In this document: one piece after another, positions 15,618 through 26,361 of the stretch
Numbering within the stretch: position 1 is the stretch's first letter
How the letters are laid out: each line of letters begins with the position of its first letter
Origin: a virus
Taxonomy: Duplodnaviria; Caudoviricetes
Direction: 5' to 3' (one strand)
IMG/VR virus record: IMGVR_UViG_3300046786_000671
Coordinates: 1 to 36,571 of that record
Length of the DNA stretch: 36,571 bases
Notes under the pieces: generated by a model
Databases searched by the model: none
What the model was told of the DNA's origin: nothing
What the model saw: only the letters and a program-made list of their open reading frames with translations
Position numbers and translations under genes: made by a program

Positions 15618-17318
15618 CTACTGAACCATTTGCGTCAAATCTGGTTGTGCCATAGCAGGGGCTTCAGGTAGATTATTGAGCGCGGTAGATAGTTCAGGTG
15701 CAGTTTCATCAAGCAACTTATCTTCAAGTAGTTTCTTCTTAGCAACGGCTTGTGGATCGTTAGGATCAGTAGTTTGGCTAACCACTGTAACTGCATCCTG
15801 CAAGTCAGCACGTTTCTCATTTGACCAGTCTTCTTTACTCATAGTCGTATCAAGTGCAATATCTATTTTCTTGATGTAGTCGTATAGTTCTTCCCAATTA
15901 ACAGCAAGTGCGTTAGGGTTCAATGGATCAGGAAATGCGTCTGGTTTGATACGCATAATGTCTTCGCGAGTAAGATCATCAACATAAATTACGCCTTCAC
16001 CTTCTTGTTCAGATAAGAATAAGTCAAGTGCTGAAGTAACATAGTGTCGCAAAAATTCTTCAATAATGTTGGTAATTTGCTGAATAGCGTCATCAATACC
16101 TTGCTTCTGTGCTTGCGCTCCAGTACCGGTTTTAGCGTCACCAATAGCACCAAGAGCTGTACCAGGATTCATACCCATCATGGTTTGAATTTGCTTAGTA
16201 ATCTCTTGAGAAATAACAGGGTATTGCTGGCTTGTAGCAGTATCAAGGGTTAGCAGCGTAACCTTTGAGTTAGGATCTGAAGATGTAATAACACCACCGC
16301 TTTTGAGTGCTGTAGCACCGGTAAATAGACCAGTTTTGACCATTGTAGGTTTACTGTTGTAAAGCCACGTTGTAGCTACGTTCTGACGCAAAGCCATCAG
16401 GAAGTTTTGGTTAGGGCTGGCAAGTCTTACGCGACTGTCACCAAAAGGTGATAGTTCGGCAGGATCAATAACCAAAAACAGTGTGCGTGGATAGCCAAAT
16501 TTAGAACGGTTAGGTACTTCACGAAGTATCTGATTAATACCAGGACTGAAGGTACAAATATCATCTTCTTTGTTGATTGAATAACGAGTCATAATATCAA
16601 AGGTTTCAGCGTTAGCTTCAATCTTAGATTGCTCCATAGGAGTAACATATTCAGCATAATCAGCCGCGCCTGAACTATCAGGACCGGCAGCAATAAGTGC
16701 TTTTAGAGCTTGGATATTCCAAGTACTAGCTGCACCCTTTTTTTCTTCACGCGCTAGAATATTCTTCAATTTACCAGGAGTCATCTTAGTACGAATATAG
16801 AAGTAAGGACTCCAACTACCTTCTTGAACACCTGGCTCAATCGCAAAGTCGTTAAAGTGAATAAGCTTTGGTACGATACCAAACTCACCAAACATTTTAG
16901 TAGCGCTTACTTGAAATACGTTAAAGCCGCGTGATAGTGAACCGCGTCCACCTAATTGAAGGGTATTTACAAAACCTTTACCAAAAGTGTTAGGGTTTAG
17001 AATACGATCATTGACCAAGAAACGACACGTAATAGCTTCACTTGTGCTTTCAGAACCATTAATACCTACCGAAACATGAGGTATTTTCTTGACCGCAGTA
17101 CGCATAATTTGCCGGATAATACCAGCAACAGTTGTATCACCGATGTTAGGATTTTTGCCAGTAGCGCCTTCATATTGTGCATTTGCTATCGTATCTAGTC
17201 GCTTAAAGTCGCGGATCGCGTTATCAACGTATTCTTTACCTCTTTGCCACTCCTGAAGGTAATTGAAAACCTTTTGATCCGGAGTAACTTTTTTGCTTGA
17301 TTCAGTTTTATATGCCAT
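15618..17318 (-). CDS. Portal protein (P22-like)
   Basis: 566 aa; DF.IEP, FG.S......Q...N/A, GD.KT.TG motifs; position in the head module. Confidence 0.75.
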   Translation of the reverse strand: MAYKTESSKKVTPDQKVFNYLQEWQRGKEYVDNAIRDFKRLDTIANAQYEGATGKNPNIGDTTVAGIIRQIMRTAVKKIPHVSVGINGSESTSEAITCRFLVNDRILNPNTFGKGFVNTLQLGGRGSLSRGFNVFQVSATKMFGEFGIVPKLIHFNDFAIEPGVQEGSWSPYFYIRTKMTPGKLKNILAREEKKGAASTWNIQALKALIAAGPDSSGAADYAEYVTPMEQSKIEANAETFDIMTRYSINKEDDICTFSPGINQILREVPNRSKFGYPRTLFLVIDPAELSPFGDSRVRLASPNQNFLMALRQNVATTWLYNSKPTMVKTGLFTGATALKSGGVITSSDPNSKVTLLTLDTATSQQYPVISQEITKQIQTMMGMNPGTALGAIGDAKTGTGAQAQKQGIDDAIQQITNIIEEFLRHYVTSALDLFLSEQEGEGVIYVDDLTREDIMRIKPDAFPDPLNPNALAVNWEELYDYIKKIDIALDTTMSKEDWSNEKRADLQDAVTVVSQTTDPNDPQAVAKKKLLEDKLLDETAPELSTALNNLPEAPAMAQPDLTQMVQ

Positions 17319-17323
17319 GATGC

Positions 17324-19408
17324 TTATACTATATCACCTATCACGCCTATATTGACACCTTCAATTACCGCACTCACAACATCAAATGAGGTATTATCCA
17401 AGTCGTTATAGACTTTAAATTTGCCTTCGTTTACTACACGATTAGGTAGTCTAATCCTACAGCGCTTATTAATCTTGAAAGTACTATTAGTATCACCGGA
17501 AGTCGGTAGTGGTGTAGACCAATTAATCATCCGGTTATTCCAAGAACTCCATAGTAGGCGTGGGTTGCCCCATCCGGCAAGCAAGTTACGGCTATGAGCG
17601 CCGTTAGTAAACGTCTTTTGCTTCGTCTTGAGCTTGCCTTTTTGGTCGTAATAAGACACCTCTATTGTTACCGTACCAATGAAATTAGCTAGATATACCA
17701 CCGCTTGAGTTGCAGCAAAGAAGCTGTTTTTAGCAGCAGTTGTGGCTTGCAACGGACCTTCAAGCACAACAGGGTAAGGTGTAGATGTACCATCAGATTC
17801 TTCATCTTCAGCCACGTAAGATTCAGCAAGTTTAAAGAACTTATTACCTTGTCTGATATACAAGAAACTATCAGAATTAGGCGGTGAAATTGAACCAATC
17901 CAATCAACTTCAATATCCCAAATGTACCACTTAGGCTTATTTTTATTAGTCAAATCATATACAAGTACTTGATTATTATAATCAAAACCGCGTGATGGTA
18001 CGGTAAAACAAACAAGATTGTTCCAAGAAGCGCCGACAATTTTGTTAAAATCAGCATTTCTAATAGTGCCATATGTCTGTCCTATTGGTTCACTAACAAT
18101 AGAAGGTGATAAGACGTTCTGTAGATCTTGTTCAGTCTGAATAGCAGTAATGCCTTCAGATGATGGAAACAGCAATTTACCTAGATAATTCACAACGCCA
18201 TATTTTGCATATACAGCAGATGCGCCAGCGTTAAGCTCGTCAGCACCCCAATAGGTAAGTGTGGTATTGCCATAAGTGATAGTCTTTTGGCTTATAATCT
18301 GTTGCTTAGAAACACCCTCTGTACCAGAAAATAATGCTAGTAAATTAGGTATGTTTTGGTTGTTTCGGAAGCCAATAACAGAGGTGGGGTAGTAGTTAGT
18401 ACCCTTGAGTAGTGGTAAGCGCTGTGCGCCATTATTAGCACCAAATGATACACCAGTATCAGTTAAAGCACCAAAGTACAAGTCATAAGGACTGTCCGGA
18501 TCGCCATAAAGTACTGGAATACTACCGACCATTGTACCGGCAACAGCTTTAATACCGGCTGTAGAGTTCGTATCTGGCGCTGTATTAAAAGCAATATCAA
18601 ACGGTATTGAGCCATTATCAACAAAACTTGCATCGGCAGTAGGTATGTTTGATCTAAGCATAGCCAAATCACTTGCAACAGGTGTAGTACCTTGTAGTGC
18701 TATCGCAGCGTACAAATTACGACTTGTAGCACCGACTGGCGGTGTATCGTTAAAAGTAAGTGTAAGGTACTCTGTACCATCAGAAGCCCAAGTAGAACGA
18801 CTTTTTGATACAGCTTGTGTTTTAATCGGTCCAATGGCTGTTTCACCACCACCGTCAGAGTTATAGCTAAATGCGTAGTAAACACTAAAAGGTCCACTAG
18901 CAGTAATACCAGTAGCAACACAAGTGATATTGCTCACAGGATCGTCTACGTGTGTGAAGACTGTTACATCTAGTGTAGCTAAATCAACAAATCGTAATTC
19001 ATCAACGCCGTTCATACAAAGCAAAATATCATTTACACGCAAAAAGGTAGTAATTACGTCTGGATCAGTAGTAATACTGTTACTACCACCGCAAGCTATC
19101 CAAGCAGTATCATTAGGCTGGCAATACCTTATTTCTTCATCATCAGCTATAAAATAATAAATCTGACCATTGTAATAAACGGTTGAAACTTCACTATTAA
19201 AGCCTACTGCATTAGGCAACCACTTTTTCTTACTAAGCCGTTTCGTGAAATTATTGGCTGAATTAACACGACCATTACGCCCATAACTAAAAGCATCCGG
19301 TGATATGTTGTAAGCACCACGTTCATCCAAGCCACTAGCAAAAGAAACCACTTGAAGCGGTGTTACAATTTGCGCGCCTTTTACTTTGACTGGATCTGAA
19401 ACTGCCAT
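17324..19408 (-). CDS. Tail tubular protein B / nozzle (beta-propeller, P22 gp10 / T7 gp12 position)
   Basis: F.SGL...N......KR N-terminus, NGVD, N.VLVYD....W; beta-rich. Confidence 0.65.
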   Translation of the reverse strand: MAVSDPVKVKGAQIVTPLQVVSFASGLDERGAYNISPDAFSYGRNGRVNSANNFTKRLSKKKWLPNAVGFNSEVSTVYYNGQIYYFIADDEEIRYCQPNDTAWIACGGSNSITTDPDVITTFLRVNDILLCMNGVDELRFVDLATLDVTVFTHVDDPVSNITCVATGITASGPFSVYYAFSYNSDGGGETAIGPIKTQAVSKSRSTWASDGTEYLTLTFNDTPPVGATSRNLYAAIALQGTTPVASDLAMLRSNIPTADASFVDNGSIPFDIAFNTAPDTNSTAGIKAVAGTMVGSIPVLYGDPDSPYDLYFGALTDTGVSFGANNGAQRLPLLKGTNYYPTSVIGFRNNQNIPNLLALFSGTEGVSKQQIISQKTITYGNTTLTYWGADELNAGASAVYAKYGVVNYLGKLLFPSSEGITAIQTEQDLQNVLSPSIVSEPIGQTYGTIRNADFNKIVGASWNNLVCFTVPSRGFDYNNQVLVYDLTNKNKPKWYIWDIEVDWIGSISPPNSDSFLYIRQGNKFFKLAESYVAEDEESDGTSTPYPVVLEGPLQATTAAKNSFFAATQAVVYLANFIGTVTIEVSYYDQKGKLKTKQKTFTNGAHSRNLLAGWGNPRLLWSSWNNRMINWSTPLPTSGDTNSTFKINKRCRIRLPNRVVNEGKFKVYNDLDNTSFDVVSAVIEGVNIGVIGDIV

Positions 19409-20106
19409 TACCAGATACCGCCAATGCCGCTAAAATCATCCCTTCGCATCATATCAACTTCATTAGTAGAATTATTAATCATAACGGCTTTATTAAGCTC
19501 ATTGTTATATTTCTGAGCAAACGAAGGACTAAGACTAACTTTAGTAACATCAGCAAGAGTATTGTTTTTGGCTATACCTAAGACTGCTAAGTTCTTACTG
19601 TAAATCAATTCAAGTGAAGTATCATCTGTACGCGTAAGCTTTGGAAAATATTGTACGACATCCAATACAATTTCAGCGCCGACTTCTTCAGCCGTAGGTA
19701 CGCGAGATAAAACAATATTACGCCCTACAAAAGTGGCTCTATCTGGTCTACTAAGTTCGTCATCAACAACTCTTTGGTTAGGATCAACCATTTTGAACCT
19801 TGAAATAACCGTACCGTCTATTACGAATTTTAATTCTTTGTCCATATCAAACACTGGAGTTCGGTAATCATCAGGTAATTCAAACGAATATGTGGTGACG
19901 TCACCAACTGTAGAAAGAACGTAACCATCAACCCTAACTTGGTTCCAGTAAGTTTCAGTTTCGTACTCGTCCAACCAAAGGTTGAAGCCACGAATAAAAT
20001 TGTTTTCAAACGTAGTTAGATCATCGCCAGTGTCATCATTTTCTGCACCATTAATGGTGTAGTATGTGTTTTGTGCTAATTCTCTGATGTTGTCAATAGC
20101 TGCCAT
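19408..20106 (-). CDS. Head-tail adaptor / tail tubular protein A
   Basis: YSFELPDDY motif, size, TAATG coupling to the nozzle gene. Confidence 0.6.
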   Translation of the reverse strand: MAAIDNIRELAQNTYYTINGAENDDTGDDLTTFENNFIRGFNLWLDEYETETYWNQVRVDGYVLSTVGDVTTYSFELPDDYRTPVFDMDKELKFVIDGTVISRFKMVDPNQRVVDDELSRPDRATFVGRNIVLSRVPTAEEVGAEIVLDVVQYFPKLTRTDDTSLELIYSKNLAVLGIAKNNTLADVTKVSLSPSFAQKYNNELNKAVMINNSTNEVDMMRRDDFSGIGGIW

Positions 20107-20120
20107 AGTTTTATTTTACC

Positions 20121-23100
20121 TTAATTACTTCCTATTTTATGCACGATATTTGGTCTAACAGTACGAATTATCGGTATTGCACCGGATTGTTGGTCAATTG
20201 TGTCGTATGCTTGAACCTTTGGAGCAAACGCACCACCGTCAAGTTTACCAAAATCACCGCCCAAATTACGCAAACGTGAACCACCGCGTCCACTACCACT
20301 ACCGGCTTTTTTCTCTTTCAAGAAATACTTGTTTTTGTCCAAAGAACTCTTGCGATACGATACACCGGCTTTTGTCATTTTTTGGTCAAGTTCCCATAGC
20401 TTCTGATACATTTCAGGATCGTACAAATCAGGATCATGGTCTTCATCTTCAGGTGGTATACCCATCTTACGCCAGTCTTCAACACCAACATCCTTGTACT
20501 TTGAAATCATGTCATAAGGCACTTGTGCTTCCTTGTAAACTTCACCGCGCTTGATAGCTGTCTCAACGTCTTTTAATGACGATGGTTTAGTAGTTTTATC
20601 AGCTTGCATCAAATCACGCTTGAGTTTCAATACTGCAAGATTAGTGTCGTATTCACCACGCTCTAAGTAAGCAGTATCAGTACCTTCAGAACTAACACCC
20701 TTAACCAAAGCTTCTTCAAGCTTTTTCACATCACTCTCATCTAGCTCTTTACCCTGTTTAGCTTGGTTATAAAGCAATTTTGTTTCGTCATCTAAAACAC
20801 TCTCCATAATTGGATCATCAAAGATACCGTACTGACCAATGCCCTGTAGTTTCGCATTAATATCACCCATTATTTGCTGTGAACGTGCTTCACCGCCTGG
20901 CTGTGTCGCTGAACTAGCACCAAACGCTATCTGAGCAGGGTTAGGATTTTGAATAGGATTACCAGCGTCATCAAGCTTATCTGGAATATTCATAGCGTTA
21001 TTTACAACAGGTATACCACTGGCTACCTGATCTATGATATTGCTCCACAAATCTTTGGTAGTAGTGTCATTTTTAGTATCGTCAAACGATTTAGAAATTT
21101 GATTGAGTAATGCACCGGCTGGCGTACTAGCACGAACGCTACTAGCTACGAAGTTTTTAAAGTCTTGTGGCGCACCATCACCCGAAGCCATGTTTAAGAA
21201 CCCTTGTATCTGATCTGTAGGAAGTAATTTAGACAAACTCTTAGGTGAATAAAGCTCTTTTAAGCTCTCATCGCTATCACCTTCACGACCAATTGCAGCA
21301 CCAGTCATAAGAGGTAAACCAAGCATACCAGCACCTTGTGGAATAGGATACCAAGCACCACCTATCTTAATAGAGTTTTCAGATATACCTTCACGCTCCC
21401 ATCTAGCACGTTCTTCTGGATCACTAGGGTATGGACCGGAAATCATATCAGCTTTACCTAGTGCCACACCCAAACCAAGTATTGCTGCACCTGAACCAGT
21501 TTCTTTCAAAGCACGTTCAAATGCTTGTGCTGCACCTAATTTATCGCCTTTTGCCATCTTGATACCTGTTTCCATGTAGGACGGCAAGCCCATAGTAAGG
21601 CGTTTCGCTGATTGATACATGAAGTTACCAGTAGCAGTAGGAAAACCAACAGCTATACGCATAATTAACTTAGATGCACCCTGAAGCGCTTTACTATCAG
21701 TACCACGACCAACGTAATCAGTAACAGCTTTTTCAATCGTTTGACCTTTATCAAACAAACCAGTAAGACCAGATGACTTCATAGCTGAGTCAAGATAAAT
21801 TTCACCCATAGCGTCCGGATCAGTTATCATCGCATGACGCATACGCATATCAAGATCTTTACCAGTAAGCCCTTGAGCCTTGAATTGATCGTTATAGTAC
21901 CTACCAAGTCGTGAATATACCTGTGATTGTAAGCTTGATTCACCGCCTGAGTTGATAGTAGTAGCCCAATTTTTCACCCACTCAAGAGGGTTTTTGCCAC
22001 CAATTTCAGCCCTACGAGCAGCATCACGACCAAGTTTGACCATACCAACTTTACGCCCCATACGCGCACCTTGACGATTAAAACCACCAACATTTTCACC
22101 AAATATAGCTTTGGTTACTTTCGCGCGAGTATTAGCAAATAATCGGTTCTCAACACCGGCTAATTCAGTACCAAAGGTGTTTCTGAAGCCAGTTGCCGTA
22201 CCAGATAGCATATTAGCAGTAACCAAGTCCATAGTATTAACGTCTGACTCTTTTCGTAAGTCATCAATAACCTTATTAACGTGAGCGCCCTTTTCACCTT
22301 TTAAGACACGTTTTGCAACAGAAACTTCAGTAAATTTAGCATCCGCATCAGCTTTTCGTGCTGCGTTATGAGCTTCTTCCCAAGCCTTAAAGTCTGATTC
22401 ACTACCAGTTCGCTTAAATTGTTCTTCAAGTTTTGCAGCATTATCTCTAGCAAGCGTAAAATTATCGTTAGCGCGCATCACTTCAGCCAGATCGTTATCA
22501 GCCATTTTTGCAGGGTTATCAAGCGCTCTAGCAATTTTACTTTCCCACCTATTCACAAGGGTATCAGCACTAGCAGAACGGCGTATAACCTTTGGTATCA
22601 TCGCTAACGCTTGACCAAGTTCAGTACGGCTCTTAGTTTGTAGCTTTTTGAGTACCATCCGGACTTCAGCATTGTTAGGATCGGCTTTGGCTATATTTTC
22701 CATAGCAGCACTAATTCTACGCCTGTCACCAGGAGTAAATGATTCTTTAGTACCAACTTCAGCTAATAAGTCATCCACTGAACGATCAGCCATTTCAGAA
22801 CGTCCAAGTGCCGCTTCGGCTTCACCGCTAGCTTTTTGATACGCATTACCACGCCTACCGCGTCCAAATTCACCTGTTTCAGCAAAACCTTCACCCTGTG
22901 GCGTATTTGGTGATTTAGCGGCTTCAATACGCTGAACAGCAGCACTTGTGTCTTCTTGAGTTTTAGCCATCTGTCGTGCTAGTTTGCGTTGGTTACGTGC
23001 AGCCGCAACCTGTCGCTTGTTGAATTTCTTAGGATTATCAAGTATTTCTTGAACTTCTTTAGGCAATATTGGCGCTGGAGCTTGAGCCACAACTTCACTT

Positions 23101-25259
23101 TTAACATTGTTAGGTGCAGTTGCTTCAGTAACACGAACAGTACCAGGTGTTTCTGGTAGATTTTGAGGTACATTGACTTCATCACGAACCGGTATGCCGT
23201 TTGCTTGTTTAACCGTAATTGGCTTACCAACCGGTGCTTCAGGTTGTTCACCCTTAGATAACATCGCTTGAACTTCAGGATCAGCAGCTTCATTAAATGC
23301 TTTTACTAATTCATCAGGCGCTTCACCAGCACGAATTTGTCGCTCTGCTTCATCACGCCACATACCCTTTGTAGCCTTTTTAGGTCCAAAACTCTTAGGT
23401 CGCACATTGTTAGAAGTACGGTAATAACCGCCTTCACCATCAGGTATAAGCTGTGTACCGTTGCCTTCACCCATTTCACGCAACCATGTAGCATAATCAT
23501 CAATCATCTTGTCTTGAGCAGTCAAAACTGCTTTTTCATCTAATTTGTATGGTGCTTCAGGACTTCGTGGGGTAACACCTTCAATAGCTGTATTAGGCTT
23601 TGGAGCTGTTTTAGCTTGGTCAAATGCGGTATCAGCCATAGCTTGAGCGCGAGTATCATCAGCAAGCTTTTGAACAAGTGCATCCGGAGTAGCCACTGAA
23701 GCATCGCCAGGAAACTCTTGGATAAGTGGTTTTGGTTCATTTAGATTACGCACCCTAATTGGTTCTGGCAAACCTTCAACAGCATTTATAGGTATGTTTT
23801 CTACTGCTTTAACAGGTATTACACGTGGTTTTAAAGCTTGATTAGCAGCTTCAGCACTTGCAGAAATAGCCGCGTCATCAAGTTCATCTACTACTTCTGA
23901 AGCGCTTGCTTTACCAGTACGAAGAAACTTAGGCACTACTTTATTAGTAAAACCCTTCCACGCCATAGGTAAACCAACATCAGGAATAAGACCGAATAGT
24001 GAGTTTATAGCACCAGATTTTACAGCTTGTCCAGTATCACCACCTTCAGCATAAGTACCTAAAGCACCACTACCAAAGTTACCAGCACTAGCTTTAACTA
24101 TATTTGGTGCTGCAACACGCAAACCGGTAGTACCACCAACTTTTAAGCCTTCAGCAATAGCACTACCTTTACCAAGTGTATAAAGATCAAGCATAGATAC
24201 GGCAGTTGGTAATGCAATATCTTTTACGGCAGTTTCTAAATCACCGCGTCTTGCACCTTCTTCATCATAAAGCGTACCAGCATTGAACAAGCCACCCTTG
24301 TTTTTCTCATACATAGTATTGCCAGCATCTTGTTCTCTAAAAACTCGTTCAAGTTCAGGTGCTAGTAAATCAAGCTTGCGTTTTGCTTCTTGGTAAGCCC
24401 AAGTATCACCACGCTTTTGAGCGTCAAGCATTTCTTTTGTAAGATCACTACTCATCTTAGTAAGCACCATACCTTCAGCAGTTGAAGGCATTTGTGCTAT
24501 CTGCGCGCCAGCAGTATTGAGCATTTTAGTAACATGACCAACAATCGGAGTACGGCTAATAATATTACCTGGATTTTTTAAGGTAATGTCTTTTTCTTCA
24601 CCTTTAGTAATATTGCCCTGTTGCCTACGATATTTATCTGATTCAGTGTTTGTATCAAAAACATCACGAAACTTATTGCCAATACTCTGTTTTGGCTTTT
24701 CCATCTTTTTAATACCGTAATTAGGACGCGTTATAGTCGCGTACTCTCGTACAGCATTAATATCAAAACGATTATCTCTAGCTATGTCTTCAAAGCTTCT
24801 ACCACGATCAAGCTCTTTATTAAGCGTTTGTTCAGGAGTATCAGGTATTTCATCAGCATAACGACCATCTGATAATTTAATACGCATATTGCTAGGTGAA
24901 GTATCAACTTTGACTCTTGGCTGAATAACCGTACCTGGAGCCGGACGTTCTACAGGCTTGCTTGCTTCACTTTTGATAATATCAAGTGCATTATTCGGCT
25001 TATTAAAAACCAAGCCTTTATTAAGATCTTCAAAGATATTTTGTGGCTGTTTAGGCTGTGGTAATTGTGGCGTATCAACTACAACACGCTGTGTTGGTTG
25101 AGCATTGGTAACACGAAGCCCACCACCAGACTGTTGAGGTGCAGTATTCTGTTGAGCTTGTTCTTCTTCACGCTTCTTTTTTTCTTGGCGGCGTTGAAGT
25201 TCACCCCCTCTATTCCAGGGGGTTACTCTGTCAATCGCTCTTGTAAACCAAGACGCCAT
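20121..25259 (-). CDS. Large internal virion / DNA-ejection protein (1712 aa)
   Basis: Ala/Gly-rich and helical, hydrophobic hairpin segments, SIKIGG.WY motif; podovirus position. Confidence 0.6.
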   Translation of the reverse strand: MASWFTRAIDRVTPWNRGGELQRRQEKKKREEEQAQQNTAPQQSGGGLRVTNAQPTQRVVVDTPQLPQPKQPQNIFEDLNKGLVFNKPNNALDIIKSEASKPVERPAPGTVIQPRVKVDTSPSNMRIKLSDGRYADEIPDTPEQTLNKELDRGRSFEDIARDNRFDINAVREYATITRPNYGIKKMEKPKQSIGNKFRDVFDTNTESDKYRRQQGNITKGEEKDITLKNPGNIISRTPIVGHVTKMLNTAGAQIAQMPSTAEGMVLTKMSSDLTKEMLDAQKRGDTWAYQEAKRKLDLLAPELERVFREQDAGNTMYEKNKGGLFNAGTLYDEEGARRGDLETAVKDIALPTAVSMLDLYTLGKGSAIAEGLKVGGTTGLRVAAPNIVKASAGNFGSGALGTYAEGGDTGQAVKSGAINSLFGLIPDVGLPMAWKGFTNKVVPKFLRTGKASASEVVDELDDAAISASAEAANQALKPRVIPVKAVENIPINAVEGLPEPIRVRNLNEPKPLIQEFPGDASVATPDALVQKLADDTRAQAMADTAFDQAKTAPKPNTAIEGVTPRSPEAPYKLDEKAVLTAQDKMIDDYATWLREMGEGNGTQLIPDGEGGYYRTSNNVRPKSFGPKKATKGMWRDEAERQIRAGEAPDELVKAFNEAADPEVQAMLSKGEQPEAPVGKPITVKQANGIPVRDEVNVPQNLPETPGTVRVTEATAPNNVKSEVVAQAPAPILPKEVQEILDNPKKFNKRQVAAARNQRKLARQMAKTQEDTSAAVQRIEAAKSPNTPQGEGFAETGEFGRGRRGNAYQKASGEAEAALGRSEMADRSVDDLLAEVGTKESFTPGDRRRISAAMENIAKADPNNAEVRMVLKKLQTKSRTELGQALAMIPKVIRRSASADTLVNRWESKIARALDNPAKMADNDLAEVMRANDNFTLARDNAAKLEEQFKRTGSESDFKAWEEAHNAARKADADAKFTEVSVAKRVLKGEKGAHVNKVIDDLRKESDVNTMDLVTANMLSGTATGFRNTFGTELAGVENRLFANTRAKVTKAIFGENVGGFNRQGARMGRKVGMVKLGRDAARRAEIGGKNPLEWVKNWATTINSGGESSLQSQVYSRLGRYYNDQFKAQGLTGKDLDMRMRHAMITDPDAMGEIYLDSAMKSSGLTGLFDKGQTIEKAVTDYVGRGTDSKALQGASKLIMRIAVGFPTATGNFMYQSAKRLTMGLPSYMETGIKMAKGDKLGAAQAFERALKETGSGAAILGLGVALGKADMISGPYPSDPEERARWEREGISENSIKIGGAWYPIPQGAGMLGLPLMTGAAIGREGDSDESLKELYSPKSLSKLLPTDQIQGFLNMASGDGAPQDFKNFVASSVRASTPAGALLNQISKSFDDTKNDTTTKDLWSNIIDQVASGIPVVNNAMNIPDKLDDAGNPIQNPNPAQIAFGASSATQPGGEARSQQIMGDINAKLQGIGQYGIFDDPIMESVLDDETKLLYNQAKQGKELDESDVKKLEEALVKGVSSEGTDTAYLERGEYDTNLAVLKLKRDLMQADKTTKPSSLKDVETAIKRGEVYKEAQVPYDMISKYKDVGVEDWRKMGIPPEDEDHDPDLYDPEMYQKLWELDQKMTKAGVSYRKSSLDKNKYFLKEKKAGSGSGRGGSRLRNLGGDFGKLDGGAFAPKVQAYDTIDQQSGAIPIIRTVRPNIVHKIGSN

Positions 25260-25260
25260 C

Positions 25261-26283
25261 CTAAACTCCTACTGGAGCTTGTTCTTTGCGGCGGCGTTGT
25301 TCACCAATCGTAAATATTCCAGAACCTACGCGTCCTCTTTCCTCTGAATCACCAGCTAAGACGTTAGGTTGTGTTGGTCCGGCAAAAGCGGTCAATTCTG
25401 GAGCTTTTACGGCAACCGGAGCAGTATCATAGTTACTAACTTGTGTTCGGCTATTTGCAGCAATTTCAGGAGTCAATGCACCAGCGCGGTTCATCCACTC
25501 TACCCTATTTGGTTCCATTTCAGCAGCACCGTAATAACCAGCCATTTTACCGAATAGATCTTGTAATTGTGTAGTTGAATCGCGGCGTACTGCACGTTCG
25601 TTGTTTACAAGTACATCATCATTTGCTTTTCGTTTTCGCTGTAATTCAGTCAAAAATGAGCCAAGTGAACTATCAAGCTGTACCTGATTTTCTTTTTGAG
25701 TATCAGCACCAGTACGAATATCATTAGCAGTTACACCGCCAACAGTATCTTGTGCCATAGTTTCAGCAGTACCACCAGCAGCACCAGTTCCACGAAGAAG
25801 TTGCATCAAACCACCAAGACCCTTGATACCAGCACGAATTGAGTCCATGAAATTAGCATCATAGTTTTGCTGATTAGTAACAGTAGAACCTTCGTAAGTT
25901 TTTCGCTGTCCTTGTTCTTGCTGATTGAACTCACCAACAGTATTTTGGTACTTTTGGCGCTCCGTTTGTAAAGCAGCTTCAAGTAACGCTGGAAGTTGGT
26001 CAATTGTTGCTTGTGTGTTACTAACTGCCGCTTGATCCAATACCGGACGCGCTGGAGCAGTACTACCGCCAGAAGGTGCGCGTTGCGGCACATTAGGATC
26101 AGCAATTTGATCTACGCCTGGTGCAAAACCAGAACCTTGACCAAGTGGGGTATCAAAATTAAGTGAACGAAGCCCACCGTTAGTAAATTCATAATTTGAT
26201 GCTGCGCCAGAGTTGATTACCTGATCGCCCTGCCGCCAATATAGGTTGCCGTCTTGTCCAACCCATGCTACTTGATTAGCCAT
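25261..26283 (-). CDS. Putative internal virion protein
   Basis: Gln/Ala/Gly-rich helical protein next to the large ejection protein. Confidence 0.55.
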   Translation of the reverse strand: MANQVAWVGQDGNLYWRQGDQVINSGAASNYEFTNGGLRSLNFDTPLGQGSGFAPGVDQIADPNVPQRAPSGGSTAPARPVLDQAAVSNTQATIDQLPALLEAALQTERQKYQNTVGEFNQQEQGQRKTYEGSTVTNQQNYDANFMDSIRAGIKGLGGLMQLLRGTGAAGGTAETMAQDTVGGVTANDIRTGADTQKENQVQLDSSLGSFLTELQRKRKANDDVLVNNERAVRRDSTTQLQDLFGKMAGYYGAAEMEPNRVEWMNRAGALTPEIAANSRTQVSNYDTAPVAVKAPELTAFAGPTQPNVLAGDSEERGRVGSGIFTIGEQRRRKEQAPVGV

Positions 26284-26285
26284 AA

Positions 26286-26318
26286 TTAGTTTTCCTTCTT
26301 ATCAATGTTAGTTGTCAT
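26286..26318 (-). CDS. Leaderless mini-ORF MTTNIDKKEN carrying the SD of the next gene
   Basis: TG-G-TAAAAT 6 nt before ATG; stop is 2 nt before the next ATG. Confidence 0.4.
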   Translation of the reverse strand: MTTNIDKKEN

Positions 26319-26361
26319 ACGCTAATTTTACCATAAAAACAATAGAGAATATCTATCTATT

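Noticed and set aside
15635-26105. Numerous 60-125 aa antisense or out-of-frame ORFs inside structural genes
   Set aside because: Shadow ORFs without start signals or recognisable motifs.
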